Source of the DNA: Patescibacteria group bacterium
Lineage (GTDB): Bacteria > Patescibacteriota > Patescibacteriia > Patescibacteriales > UBA12075
Reading direction: 5' to 3'
NCBI GenBank assembly: GCA_018897195.1
Contig: JAHILH010000004.1
Location: forward strand, 149,678-209,049
DNA length: 59,372 nucleotides
The notes under the pieces were generated by a model. It was not told the DNA's origin. It did no database searches and saw only the letters and a list, made by a program, of their open reading frames with translations. Each line of letters opens with the position of its first letter. The stretch's first letter is position 1. A program made the position numbers and the translations under genes. Below are positions 30,065 to 40,340 of the stretch, one piece after another.

Positions 30065-31288
30065 ATGTCAGATTTATCAAATGCAATCAAACAAGTTTGC
30101 GAGGAAAAAAATTTAAGCTACGAAGCAGTTATTGAGACTATTGAATCAGCTTTAGCGGCGGCCTATCGAAAAGATTTTGGAGTTAAAAACCAAAATATTA
30201 AAATTGAGTTTGACGAAAGTGATGTGGCGAAGTCAAAGGTGTTTGATGTAAAAACTGTGGTAGAAGATTTACCAGAAGAGGAAGAGGTGATTGAGGGTGA
30301 AGAGGTTGACGGTGAAATTGCCCCCGTTGAAGCGGTAAGTGGTGAAGATGAATTGGCTGAGGGTGAAGATGGGGTAAAAAAATTCAATCCAAAAACAGAA
30401 ATGCAAATTAAAGATGCGAAATTATTGAAGAAAGGTGCTAAGATTGGAGACGAGTTAAAAATTAAATTGGATGTACCGGCTACTTATGGACGCATGGCAG
30501 CACAAACTGCAAAACAAGTTATTATTCAAAGATTAAGAGAGGCAGAAAGAGAAATGGTGTTTAATGATTTTAAAGACAAAGAACATGAAGTGGTAAGTGG
30601 AGTGATTCAAAGACGAGAAAGACGTTTTGTTTTGGTTGACCTTGGTAAATCAATTGGTATTTTACAGAGTGAAGAGCAAATCCCTGGTGAAAAATATATT
30701 CCTGGTGAGAGAATTAAGGTTTATGTTAAAGAAGTGAGCTTGAAGGCGAAGGGACCAGAGATTGTTTTGTCAAGAACTTCAGAAGAAATTTTACGCAAAG
30801 TCTTTTATTTAGAAATTCCTGAAGTTTCCAATGGCTTGATTGAGATTAAGAAATTGGCGCGTGAAGCTGGTTCTAGATCAAAAGTGGCAGTTTGGACTGA
30901 TTCAGAAAATATTGATCCAATTGGCTCTTGTGTTGGTCAACGGGGCGCGCGCATCCAAACCATTATTAAAGAATTGGGTGGCGAAAAAGTGGATATTATT
31001 GAGTATGATGAAGATCCAAAGAAATTCATCATCAATGCTTTATCACCAGCCAAAATTTTAGGAATTGATATTGATGAAGAAACTGAAAAGGCGACTGTGG
31101 CGGTTGCCGCTGATCAATTATCATTGGCTATTGGTAAGGGTGGTCAAAACGCTCGTTTAGCTGCTCGTTTAACTGGTTGGAAAATTGATATCGTTGAAAG
31201 TGGAACTAAAAAAAGTGAAGGTATGGAAATAGTTGCTGAAGAAGAGGTAGTCGAAGAAGCTGAAAGCGTTGATGAAGAAAATAAATAA
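30065..31288 (+). CDS. nusA: Transcription termination/antitermination factor NusA
   Basis: GRMAAQTAKQ, AREAGSRSK, GSCVGQRG, SLAIGKGGQN. Confidence 0.98.
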   Translation: MSDLSNAIKQVCEEKNLSYEAVIETIESALAAAYRKDFGVKNQNIKIEFDESDVAKSKVFDVKTVVEDLPEEEEVIEGEEVDGEIAPVEAVSGEDELAEGEDGVKKFNPKTEMQIKDAKLLKKGAKIGDELKIKLDVPATYGRMAAQTAKQVIIQRLREAEREMVFNDFKDKEHEVVSGVIQRRERRFVLVDLGKSIGILQSEEQIPGEKYIPGERIKVYVKEVSLKAKGPEIVLSRTSEEILRKVFYLEIPEVSNGLIEIKKLAREAGSRSKVAVWTDSENIDPIGSCVGQRGARIQTIIKELGGEKVDIIEYDEDPKKFIINALSPAKILGIDIDEETEKATVAVAADQLSLAIGKGGQNARLAARLTGWKIDIVESGTKKSEGMEIVAEEEVVEEAESVDEENK

Positions 31289-31310
31289 TTAAATAATTTT
31301 ATAAATCAAT

Positions 31311-32243
31311 ATGCAAGATAAAATTTATATTATCGGACACAAATCACCAGACTTAGATAGCGTTGCTGGAGCGATTTGTTATGCGGAGTTGAAAAATAAA
31401 TTAGAGAACACAGATAAATATATTGCTGCAATGGCTGGTGAAGTCAACGAGGAGACGGCCTATATTTTGAACAAGAGTAGCTTTGCTAAACCGGAAGTTA
31501 TTACCGATGCTAGTCAGAAAAATATTATCTTAATTGATCATAATGAATTTGTTCAAGCGGCTGATGGAATGGCGGAGGCTAATATTATTGAAGTCTTGGA
31601 TCATCACAAGGTTGATTTTAAGTATAGTAATCCAATTGCATTTAAGGTTTTGCCCTGGGGTGCGAGTTGCACGATTGTGGCGCATGGTTATTTAAGTAGT
31701 AATGTGGCGGTAACCAAGGAGATGGCGACTTTAATGTTGTCAGCAATTTTGGTTGATACGGTAATTACAAAATCACCCACTTGCACCGAGTTTGATAAGG
31801 CGGTGATTGAGAAATTAAGTCAGATTGCCCAGATTGCCGATTGGAAAGACTTTGGAATGGAAATTTTTAAAGTGCGATCTAATGTAAGCAAGTTGAGCGA
31901 TGAGGATATTATCAAAAGCGATTTTAAAGATTTTAATTTAGCGGCTGGCAAATTCGGGATTGGTCAGGTGGAGACGGTTGATTTGAAAGACTTCGCAAAT
32001 CGTGAGGAAGGACTATTGGCGCAATTGGATAAGATGCGCGCGAATGGGGCTTACCATAGTGTGATTTTATTTTTGACTGATATTATTAATGAAGGTTCTT
32101 TGTTTTTGGTCTCTTCGAGTGATGAAGAAAAAGTATCAGAAGCCTTGGGTAGTAAATTGGAAAATAATCGCGTTTATATTCCGGGAATTTTATCGCGTAA
32201 AAAACAAGTAGCGCCGAAGTTTAATGAAGTATTTGATAAATAA
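31311..32243 (+). CDS. ppaC: Manganese-dependent inorganic pyrophosphatase
   Basis: GHKSPDLDS, DHNE, DHH, SRKKQ. Confidence 0.95.
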   Translation: MQDKIYIIGHKSPDLDSVAGAICYAELKNKLENTDKYIAAMAGEVNEETAYILNKSSFAKPEVITDASQKNIILIDHNEFVQAADGMAEANIIEVLDHHKVDFKYSNPIAFKVLPWGASCTIVAHGYLSSNVAVTKEMATLMLSAILVDTVITKSPTCTEFDKAVIEKLSQIAQIADWKDFGMEIFKVRSNVSKLSDEDIIKSDFKDFNLAAGKFGIGQVETVDLKDFANREEGLLAQLDKMRANGAYHSVILFLTDIINEGSLFLVSSSDEEKVSEALGSKLENNRVYIPGILSRKKQVAPKFNEVFDK

Positions 32244-32259
32244 TTAAATTATAATAAAT

Positions 32260-33552
32260 ATGAAAGTAGAAAAAAAAGATTTAAAAAAATCACAAATTGA
32301 ACTGTTGGTGGAATTGTCAGTAGAAGAATTTGAGCCATATGTAAAAAAGGGTGCTGATGTGGTAGCCAAAGAAGTAAAGATTGATGGTTTTCGACCAGGA
32401 AGCGTTCCTTACGAGATTTTACGCCAAAAGATTGGTGACATGACTATTATTGAAGAGGGTGCACGGATTGCAATTAATAAATTATTAGAAAAAGTAATCA
32501 AGGAGAATGTGACAGAGCAGATTGTTGGTCAACCAGTAATTGATATTACTAAATTAGCGCCAGGAAATCCAATGGAGTTTAAAGTAGTTTTATCATTAGT
32601 ACCCGCAGTAACTCTTGGTTCATATAAAGATGCAAAGATCAAGGCAAAGAAAATCGTGGTTGACGAAAAAGAGGTTGAGCGCACCTTGAATGAGTTAAAA
32701 GAAATGCGCGTGCAAGAAGTTTTGGTTGAGAGAGAGTCAAAGAAAGACGATAAGGTTTTGGTGGACATTAAAATGTTTCAAGATAATGTTCCCTTGGAGG
32801 GCGGTCAAGGTAAAAATGCAGTCGTTATTATTGGTAAGGATTATATTATTCCTGGTTTTGACAAAGAAATGACGGGCGTAAAGAAGGGCGATGTTAAAGA
32901 ATTTAGCCTGCCTTACCCAGTGGATCATTATATGAAAAACTTAGCCGGTAAGATGGTTGATTTTAAAATAACAATTTTAGATGTTTATGAAAGAGAGTTG
33001 CCAGAATTTGATGATAAGTTTGCTGAGCAATTTGGTTTGAAGAAGTTTGCTGAATTGAAAGATAATATTACTAAGAGTATTAAAGAACAAAAAGAAAAGG
33101 AAATTAACGTTACCTTGGAAAAAGAATTATTTGATAAGTTAATTGAGAAAACTAAATTCGGTGATTTCCCGGAAGTTTTGATTCAACATGAGTTGGAAAC
33201 TATGATGCGCGAATTGGAGCACTCAGTGGCAGAAAACGGTGCGAAGTTTGATGATTACTTGAAGAGCCTGAATAAATCTCGAAATGAATTGGCGTTGGAC
33301 TTGGCACCGGATGCCTTGAAGCGTGTGAAGGCTTCGTTATTGATTAGAGAGATTGCGTTAGCGGAAAATATTAAAGCAACTGATGAGGATGTGCAGAAAT
33401 ACATCGATGGTGCGAAGAAGCAATATCAAGCTCATAAAGATATTTTAGGCCGATTGGATGCGCCAGAATATCGCGATTATGTAGCTAATATCTTAACGAG
33501 TCAAAAAGTAGTCGACGCGTTGCGTGAGTGGAACATTGAATCCGATAAGTAG
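32260..33552 (+). CDS. tig: Trigger factor
   Basis: IDGFRPG ribosome-binding motif and FKBP domain IPGFD. Confidence 0.97.
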   Translation: MKVEKKDLKKSQIELLVELSVEEFEPYVKKGADVVAKEVKIDGFRPGSVPYEILRQKIGDMTIIEEGARIAINKLLEKVIKENVTEQIVGQPVIDITKLAPGNPMEFKVVLSLVPAVTLGSYKDAKIKAKKIVVDEKEVERTLNELKEMRVQEVLVERESKKDDKVLVDIKMFQDNVPLEGGQGKNAVVIIGKDYIIPGFDKEMTGVKKGDVKEFSLPYPVDHYMKNLAGKMVDFKITILDVYERELPEFDDKFAEQFGLKKFAELKDNITKSIKEQKEKEINVTLEKELFDKLIEKTKFGDFPEVLIQHELETMMRELEHSVAENGAKFDDYLKSLNKSRNELALDLAPDALKRVKASLLIREIALAENIKATDEDVQKYIDGAKKQYQAHKDILGRLDAPEYRDYVANILTSQKVVDALREWNIESDK

Positions 33553-33610
33553 AAACTAAGAGTATAAAATAAATTAAAGCCTGAGAAATCAGGCTTTAAT
33601 TATAGTTGAG

Positions 33611-33712
33611 CAAAATGATTAAGATTAATCTTTTCCTCACTGCGGAACTCGTCCCGAAGCCTCGGGACTCAAACAGTCCTCGTTTCGAAAAAAATTAATC
33701 TCAATCATTTTG
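33611..33712. repeat. Nested palindromic REP/MITE-like element
   Basis: Outer inverted repeat CAAAATGATT.AGATTAAT / ATTAATCT.AATCATTTTG with an inner hairpin GTCCCGAAGCCTCGGGAC (33651-33668). Confidence 0.6.
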
Positions 33713-33724
33713 TGTTAGAAATAT

Positions 33725-34201
33725 ATGCATTATATAATAGACGCTAATAATTTGGCGGGAAAATTGAATATTTTGGATAAGAAAGATTTTGATTTAGAGT
33801 TGATTGAAATTGTACGAGATTTTTTTGGTGCGAAAAAACATCGGGTTGATTTGATTTTTGATGGGCGCGATAATATGGGGGATAAGCGGAGTGAGGGGAA
33901 TTTAAATATTATTTATACGCCACGGGATAGTTATTATGTGGGGGCGGATGATAAGATTGTGGAGATGGTGAATAGTGATTTGGAGGGCTTGGAACATGGG
34001 CACGTGTTTGTGATTACTGATGACCTGGAGTTGATTGAGCGAGTGCAAAAAGTGGCGGAGAAAATTCAGATTATTAAAGTTAGTGATTTTGCGAAAAGTA
34101 TTTTGTTAAAATTAGAAGTTGAAGAGTTGGAAATAGAGGAGGAGTTGAGCGAGGAGGAGGAAGATGAGATAACGAAAGAATTGTCTAATTTATGGAAGTA
34201 A
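33725..34201 (+). CDS. YacP-like NYN-domain protein
   Basis: IIDANNL, IFDG, ADDKI, VITDD. Confidence 0.85.
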   Translation: MHYIIDANNLAGKLNILDKKDFDLELIEIVRDFFGAKKHRVDLIFDGRDNMGDKRSEGNLNIIYTPRDSYYVGADDKIVEMVNSDLEGLEHGHVFVITDDLELIERVQKVAEKIQIIKVSDFAKSILLKLEVEELEIEEELSEEEEDEITKELSNLWK

Positions 34202-34234
34202 AAAGGTCACCAGATAAATTGGTGACCTTTTTTG

Positions 34235-34585
34235 TTATGATGTAAAAAGAAGTTCTTCAACTTCTACACCTTCAAATAATGAAGGCTCGCCTCGGACGTT
34301 GAGACGAAAAGCAATATTGCCAAACTCTGTTTCGACCATGCCACCACCATCCTTGTACTTGTGCCCGTGCTTTACCGGAACGATTAACATCTTTTTATTA
34401 AGTTGTCCGAATGCTACCTGAAAATCAAATAACTCATAAAATTTTCTGCCAGAATTGGAACGTTTTTTGGGACCAAATATAACACAATATCCTATTTGAT
34501 CGTCTACTTTTGCAAAAAAAATAAATTTTTCATTAGGATTAAGACCCTTGACCTTTGCAATGCCATCTTGTTTAGCGATTATCAT
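34235..34585 (-). CDS. Hypothetical protein
   Basis: 116-aa ORF with an upstream GGAG and a downstream terminator. Confidence 0.6.
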   Translation of the reverse strand: MIIAKQDGIAKVKGLNPNEKFIFFAKVDDQIGYCVIFGPKKRSNSGRKFYELFDFQVAFGQLNKKMLIVPVKHGHKYKDGGGMVETEFGNIAFRLNVRGEPSLFEGVEVEELLFTS

Positions 34586-34675
34586 TTTTTGTCTCCAATA
34601 GGTTTGTGGTTAATGGTTTTTTTGTTAAAAAAGATCAATAGTACATTATATAAAATATTGAAAATTTGTCAATGT

Positions 34676-35653
34676 TTAGCAAATTCGTGGAATTAATTTT
34701 CCTTTTGGCATTTTGATTGGGCGGAGTGTGCCTAGAGAGGTTTTTAAGAAAACTCCCTTGCCTACGTCAACTCGACCGATTATTTTCGCCTCTTTGTTGA
34801 ATTTTTTTAAGAGTATTAAGGCTTTGTTTATATTTTTAGGATTAACGGCGGCGATGAAGCGGCCTTCTGAGGCGAGGGAGAAGACGTCGAGCCCGAGGAG
34901 ATTACTGATGGCAGTAGTCTCTTTTTTATATGGTAAAGTTTTTTCGTCGAGAATTATTTTTACTTTTGATTTGTCGGCAATTTCTATGATATTGGCAGCG
35001 AGGCCGCCGCGGGTGGGATCTTTACAGGCTTTTAGGTATTTACCGACTTGGGCTAGTTCAAAGTTGAAAGCGTGCGAGTCGCTTTTGATCTTGGTCTGGT
35101 AGTTAAACCGTTTGGCTAAAAGGGCGATGGTGTGTTCGCCAAGATCTCCGGAGCTAATAATAAAATCTCCGGGTTGAGCGCCGTTATTAGAGATGATGTT
35201 TTGGACTAAACCGATTCCAGAGGTGGTGATGACGATTTTATCGAGTTTACCCTTGTCGGTTACTTTAGTGTCGCCAGTGACGATTGGAACTTTGGATTCT
35301 TGAGAAACCTTATTAATTGATTGCATGATTTTTTTGAGATCATCTTTGGGAAAGCCGTCTTCGAGGACGATACTGAGGGCGATGCCAATTGGTTTAGCAC
35401 CCATAACAGATAAATCATTAATTGTACCACTCATGGCAATCTTACCAATGTCGCCACCAGGGAAAAAAATTGGATCAACGATGTAGGCATCAGTGGTGAA
35501 AACAATTTTTTCTTTACCAGTATTAAAAACAGCTGCGTCATCGGCGCAGTTAGTCCATTTATTTTTGATATTTAAAATATCCCTTATTTCTTTTATCAAG
35601 TCAGTGGAAGCTTGGCCACCACCACCTTCATCGATTTTAATTAAGTCATTCAT
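34676..35653 (-). CDS. hypE: Hydrogenase maturation protein HypE
   Basis: FTTDAY.VDP.FFPGGDIG, VTGDTKV, DPTRGG and C-terminal PRIC. Confidence 0.97.
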   Translation of the reverse strand: MNDLIKIDEGGGGQASTDLIKEIRDILNIKNKWTNCADDAAVFNTGKEKIVFTTDAYIVDPIFFPGGDIGKIAMSGTINDLSVMGAKPIGIALSIVLEDGFPKDDLKKIMQSINKVSQESKVPIVTGDTKVTDKGKLDKIVITTSGIGLVQNIISNNGAQPGDFIISSGDLGEHTIALLAKRFNYQTKIKSDSHAFNFELAQVGKYLKACKDPTRGGLAANIIEIADKSKVKIILDEKTLPYKKETTAISNLLGLDVFSLASEGRFIAAVNPKNINKALILLKKFNKEAKIIGRVDVGKGVFLKTSLGTLRPIKMPKGKLIPRIC

Positions 35654-35710
35654 TGGTTTGAAAATTATGAAATTAAAAATTGATTCTTTAATTTAAATTT
35701 AAATTCAAAA

Positions 35711-36742
35711 TTAATTATTTTGGTATTCAATATTACAAGCGCCTTCACTGGAAACCATACAGGGGCCGAATGGTTTGTCTGGAGTACAGACAGTGTTGAA
35801 CATTGGGCATTGCTGTGGTTTTAAGGCACCTTGGATAATGTGGCCGCACTTGCAGGCGGCGTTTTTTTTATAAGTGTGTTTTATCTTATTTAAAATAGTT
35901 TGATATTTTATTTTAGCATCTTGGGCTTGGTATTTTTTTTTGATTACTAAACCAGAGTTAGGAATATTACCAAGACCACGCCAGAGACCATTACTAGGCT
36001 CGAAAACTTCGAAAATTAAATCGTAGGCCTTGGTGTTACCGGTTTTGGTAACGGCGCGAGTATATTCATTTTCAACATCTTGGCGCTTTTCGTTAATTTG
36101 TTTGAGTAGTAAATGAATACCTACGAGCACATCTTCGGCTTCAAAACCGGTGATAACTTGCGGGGCTTTGATTTTTTTGTAGGCCTCGGTGCCGACGATG
36201 ACGGAGACGTGACCCGGGTTGATAAAGCCGTCAATATTGGTTAAACCGTTTTTTAGCAGATGAATCATGGCGGGCAAGAAAAGTTTGTGGGCGGAATAGA
36301 CAGTGAGCCCATTTTTAATCGCATAAGCCGTCATAGGAGCGGTGGTTTCAAAACCGAGACCGAAGAAAACCAAATCAGGGTATTCTTTTTTTAGTTCAAG
36401 CGCTTCTTCAATTGAATAAACGGCAAAAATTTTGGCGCCCTTTCTTTGCGCATCTTCCAAGCTGCCAAAGTCGCCGGGGACCTTGATGGTGTCACCATAG
36501 GTGGCGATGGGAATACCGGCGAGAGCAAGATTAACAAGATTATCAATATCAGATTGATCAGTGACGCAGACAGGGCAACCGGGGCCAGTGATGAGATTGA
36601 TGTTAGCTGGCATGAGCTGTCTGATGCCGTAGCGACTAATGGCTTGTGTGTGCGTGCCGCAAACCTCCATGAGATTTACATCTTTACTAATACTCTGTGC
36701 AAATAAATTTATATTTTCTATTATATTTTTAGTGTTTAGCAT
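35711..36742 (-). CDS. hypD: Hydrogenase maturation protein HypD
   Basis: MEVCGTH, GPGCPVC, GFETT, PGHVS, CMVSSEGAC. Confidence 0.98.
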   Translation of the reverse strand: MLNTKNIIENINLFAQSISKDVNLMEVCGTHTQAISRYGIRQLMPANINLITGPGCPVCVTDQSDIDNLVNLALAGIPIATYGDTIKVPGDFGSLEDAQRKGAKIFAVYSIEEALELKKEYPDLVFFGLGFETTAPMTAYAIKNGLTVYSAHKLFLPAMIHLLKNGLTNIDGFINPGHVSVIVGTEAYKKIKAPQVITGFEAEDVLVGIHLLLKQINEKRQDVENEYTRAVTKTGNTKAYDLIFEVFEPSNGLWRGLGNIPNSGLVIKKKYQAQDAKIKYQTILNKIKHTYKKNAACKCGHIIQGALKPQQCPMFNTVCTPDKPFGPCMVSSEGACNIEYQNN

Positions 36743-36790
36743 TGGTTTAATTTTGAATGACGAATTTTGAATTTTGACTTAAGGAGGTAT

Positions 36791-37009
36791 TTATTTAATT
36801 AAAATTTTATTATGCGCGTCTAAGCTGTTCTTTGCGTCCTTTGTTGATAATCTTTGAATTACAAAACCGGCGTGAACGAGAACATAGTCACCTGGATTTA
36901 GTTTAAAATCGATGAGAGAAATATTAACGTCTTTGCGGGCGCCCATAAAGTCGGCTTCAGCCTTGTTTTCTTTGATTGAGATTATTTTTCCAGGAATAGC
37001 TAGACACAT
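36791..37009 (-). CDS. hypC: Hydrogenase chaperone HypC
   Basis: MCLAIPG and GDYVLVHAGF. Confidence 0.97.
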   Translation of the reverse strand: MCLAIPGKIISIKENKAEADFMGARKDVNISLIDFKLNPGDYVLVHAGFVIQRLSTKDAKNSLDAHNKILIK

Positions 37010-37031
37010 ATTTTTGATGTATAATTAATTT

Positions 37032-38132
37032 ATGAAGAGATTTCAAACTCGGTTTAAAAATAAAAAAGTAATTTTAGCCCTGGGTGCTGATTCGTCTGGT
37101 GGTTTTGCAGTTTTTCAGAATGAGCAGGTTTATTATCAGGCTGGATTTGGAGATTTATTGAACGACGATAACTTTGTTAAATATAGTAATAGTATAACCG
37201 CATATTTGAGAAAAAACAAATTAAAACCAGAATTAATTTTAGTTGATCTGCATCCCTTATTTAGATCTATTAAACTTGGAGAAAAATTAGCCGTGAAACA
37301 TCAAGCGAGGTTAGTTAAAGTTCAGCACCACATAGCTCATATTTTTTCCGCTTATGGTGAGTATCTTCTTGATCACAAAGAAGAAAAAGAGTTTATAGGT
37401 ATGGCTTGCGATGGAACTGGGTTTGGTTTTGATGAGAAAATTTGGGGTGGTGAGGTTTTTCAATTAAAAATTAAAAATTACGAATTACAATTTGATCGAA
37501 TTGCGCATTTAGAAAATCAGCTTTTAATCGGCGGAGAGATGGCTGTTATTGAACCAACACGAGCTTTGATTGCAATTTTAAATAATTTTTTAAGTAAAGC
37601 TGAAGTATTTAAGTCGGTTAAAAAATATTATTCTCGCAATGAATTTGAATTACTATTTAATCAACTGCAAGAACGATTTAATTGCGTGGAAACATCGAGC
37701 ACAGGGCGGGTTTTGGACGCAGTGGCGGTGTTGTTGGGCTTTGTTGGTAATAAAAGTAATTTTAAACACGAGCCGATAAGATTGTTGGAGGAAAACTCAA
37801 CTGTGCCTTTTGATATTGATCCGGAAATATTTTTTGATAAAAACGAACAGATGTTTGTTGTGAAGACAACGCCACTGTTTCAATATTTAATCAAAAATAT
37901 ACAGCAAGATAAAAAAAGGCTAGCGGCTACGGCGCAACTTTATTTAGCCAAGGGTTTATTTGCAGTGGCTAAACAGGAGAAGAAAAAAATTTTCTTCGCC
38001 GGTGGTATGGCGGATAATAAAATTATGTCTGAGTATCTAGAAACTAATGATGTGTTCGTGAATAAACAGGTTTCGCGTGGCGACGAAGGTTTGTCGTGGG
38101 GACAAATTTGCTATTATTTGTTGAATGATTAG
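37032..38132 (+). CDS. hypF: HypF carbamoyltransferase, Kae1-like C-terminal domain only
   Basis: DLHP, VQHHIAH, DGTGFG...IWGGE, SSTGR.LDA, GDEGLS.GQ; an in-frame stop lies just upstream of the ATG. Confidence 0.85.
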   Translation: MKRFQTRFKNKKVILALGADSSGGFAVFQNEQVYYQAGFGDLLNDDNFVKYSNSITAYLRKNKLKPELILVDLHPLFRSIKLGEKLAVKHQARLVKVQHHIAHIFSAYGEYLLDHKEEKEFIGMACDGTGFGFDEKIWGGEVFQLKIKNYELQFDRIAHLENQLLIGGEMAVIEPTRALIAILNNFLSKAEVFKSVKKYYSRNEFELLFNQLQERFNCVETSSTGRVLDAVAVLLGFVGNKSNFKHEPIRLLEENSTVPFDIDPEIFFDKNEQMFVVKTTPLFQYLIKNIQQDKKRLAATAQLYLAKGLFAVAKQEKKKIFFAGGMADNKIMSEYLETNDVFVNKQVSRGDEGLSWGQICYYLLND

Positions 38133-38462
38133 TATTTTTTTTATATTAAAATGGTCTTAAATATAAATAAGGGTTCGGTTTTATAATTGACTTAAAGATG
38201 TAAAAGTGGTATATTAAGCGTAAGTTTTTATTTCTAAAATAATTTTATTAGTAATTATAATTTTAAAAGAAAAAATAATAAAAGTGGTTTTTCTCGGGCT
38301 TTATTAAATTTAGGCGCGACTTTTTTAGTTATTCTTTTAAAAACGAGTTTTTATTTAAAAAAAATATTTGTTTGGACTTTTTCGTCGTTTGCTTATAAAC
38401 CAGGCAGAATAATACTAAGATTCTTTTTTTATAAAGTAGTTGTTAAGTTTTATGGGACGTAT

Positions 38463-39710
38463 TTGTCGATATTAAATAAATTGGGCTGGAAAGGTTTGCG
38501 CGGTAATACCTTTAATTTTTTATTTAATCAAAAACTGGTCCATGCCCTAGTGGTGCTGTTAACGATTTTTTCCGTCTTTGTAAATATGACCTCTAGGACT
38601 AATGCTGAAAATCAGATTAATGATATGAGTGGGACTATTTTGTCTCAATTGGTTCAGGGTGAGTTTGAGAGTGCTCCAGAGGACCAACAGTTAATTGTGG
38701 AGACCTTTGACAGTGAGTCGTCAATCTCATCTGTGCATCAATCATATTTGGACAATCTCTCTAGTTTTAAACCACAAGCTCGAGTTTCGACTGAGCAAGA
38801 AGTTGACATTGATGAGATGACAACAGATGAAAACACTGGCAGTATTATTCGCAAAGATAGAGTCTCAACTAAGATTTCTAAAAAACCAAGAGAAAATATG
38901 ATTACCTACACGGTAAAAACAGGTGATACAATTAGTACTATTGCTGAAGAATTTGAAATTTCTGTAAGTACAATTTTATGGGAAAATAATTTGACTGCAT
39001 ATAGTATAATTCGGCCGGGTAATACTTTGGATATTTTACCTGTTTCGGGTATTAGTCATATAGTTAAAAAGGGAGAGAGTATTACACGACTTGCAGAAAA
39101 GTATAGCGTTACTGAAGATGAGATAATAGCCTTTAATAAATTGGATAGTTCTGGCAAATTAATCATGGATCAAAAAATAATTATACCAGGTGGTAGAAGA
39201 ATTAACGAACAATTAAATGCACCAGATGTGGCACCCAAGATAAAAACCTATAGCGGCTTGGCGGTAATTAAAGAATTTATTTCAAATTCCAATGAGGGGG
39301 GAAATTTGGTTAAAAATATTGCCAAAGATTTTAATGCTGTTCCGTTAAAGGGAAACAAGATGAATTGGCCAACGGTTGGTAATCGAATTACACAGTATTA
39401 TTCATGGAGTCATCATGCTATTGATATTGCAAATAAAATTGGCACGCCTCTTTATGCAGCCGATTCTGGTGTAGTTGAAGTGGCTGGGTGGGGAACAGGC
39501 TATGGTAATCAAATTGTTATTGACCACGGAGGAGGCAAGAAAACCAGATATGCGCATGCTTCAAAGTTTTATGTTAAAAAAGGTGATAAGGTAACTAAAG
39601 GACAAATAATTGCAGCGATGGGTTCCACTGGTTGGTCCACTGGCTCTCATATTCATTTTGAGGTGATTATTAATGGGATTAAATATAATCCTTTGAATTA
39701 TATTAAATAA
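38463..39710 (+). CDS. LysM-domain M23 peptidase (start uncertain, possibly further upstream)
   Basis: Two LysM repeats (YTVKTGDT, HIVKKGES); M23 motifs HHAID, YAH and HIHFE. Confidence 0.92.
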   Translation: MSILNKLGWKGLRGNTFNFLFNQKLVHALVVLLTIFSVFVNMTSRTNAENQINDMSGTILSQLVQGEFESAPEDQQLIVETFDSESSISSVHQSYLDNLSSFKPQARVSTEQEVDIDEMTTDENTGSIIRKDRVSTKISKKPRENMITYTVKTGDTISTIAEEFEISVSTILWENNLTAYSIIRPGNTLDILPVSGISHIVKKGESITRLAEKYSVTEDEIIAFNKLDSSGKLIMDQKIIIPGGRRINEQLNAPDVAPKIKTYSGLAVIKEFISNSNEGGNLVKNIAKDFNAVPLKGNKMNWPTVGNRITQYYSWSHHAIDIANKIGTPLYAADSGVVEVAGWGTGYGNQIVIDHGGGKKTRYAHASKFYVKKGDKVTKGQIIAAMGSTGWSTGSHIHFEVIINGIKYNPLNYIK

Positions 39711-39720
39711 ATATAAAAAT

Positions 39721-39969
39721 ATGCATTTTATTTTTGGTATTATTATTGGGGCAATTGGTTATACTTTTGTCGCAATGACGGAGTGGTATTTAAGTAATTT
39801 TGGCAGGATAGAGTTTTTTGACAAATATTTAGGCATGGAAGGTGGCTCTAGGCTTGGTTATAAATTAATTGGAATATTAGCGATATTTTTTGGAACTATT
39901 ATCTTTTTTGGCATGTGGGGTGGTTTTTTGGGCTGGCTACTTAGTCCTTTGATAAGACATCAAATTTAA
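39721..39969 (+). CDS. Small two-TM membrane protein
   Basis: 82 aa with two hydrophobic Gly-rich helices. Confidence 0.7.
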   Translation: MHFIFGIIIGAIGYTFVAMTEWYLSNFGRIEFFDKYLGMEGGSRLGYKLIGILAIFFGTIIFFGMWGGFLGWLLSPLIRHQI

Positions 39970-40106
39970 AATGATTGCCCGGTCTTGCAATTTTTTTTAA
40001 AATAGTATAAAGTATATTTATTGACCAAGAAGTATGTTTTAGGTCATTTTTGTTTTAAATTTTTGGGTTAAGATGAGTGCAATTAAATTTAAGACAATAT
40101 GTTTAA

Positions 40107-40180
40107 GGGCCCCTAGCTCAGCTGGCTAGAGCACCTGCTTTGCACGCAGGGGGTCAAGGGTTCGACTCCCTTGGGGTCCA
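40107..40180 (+). tRNA. tRNA-Ala(TGC)
   Basis: GGGCCCC/GGGGTCC stem with G3-U70; anticodon loop TTTGCAC. Confidence 0.96.
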
Positions 40181-40340
40181 CACGAAGAATAACCATCAGA
40201 AATGATGGTTATTTTTTATTTGACAATTTGCGTCACAAGGTTCATGTTCCCTGCAATGGTGATACATGGACTCGAATTGATAATAAAAACAAAAAAGCTC
40301 TCTATAAATAGAGAGCTTTTTATATTTGAGACTTTTGGAA

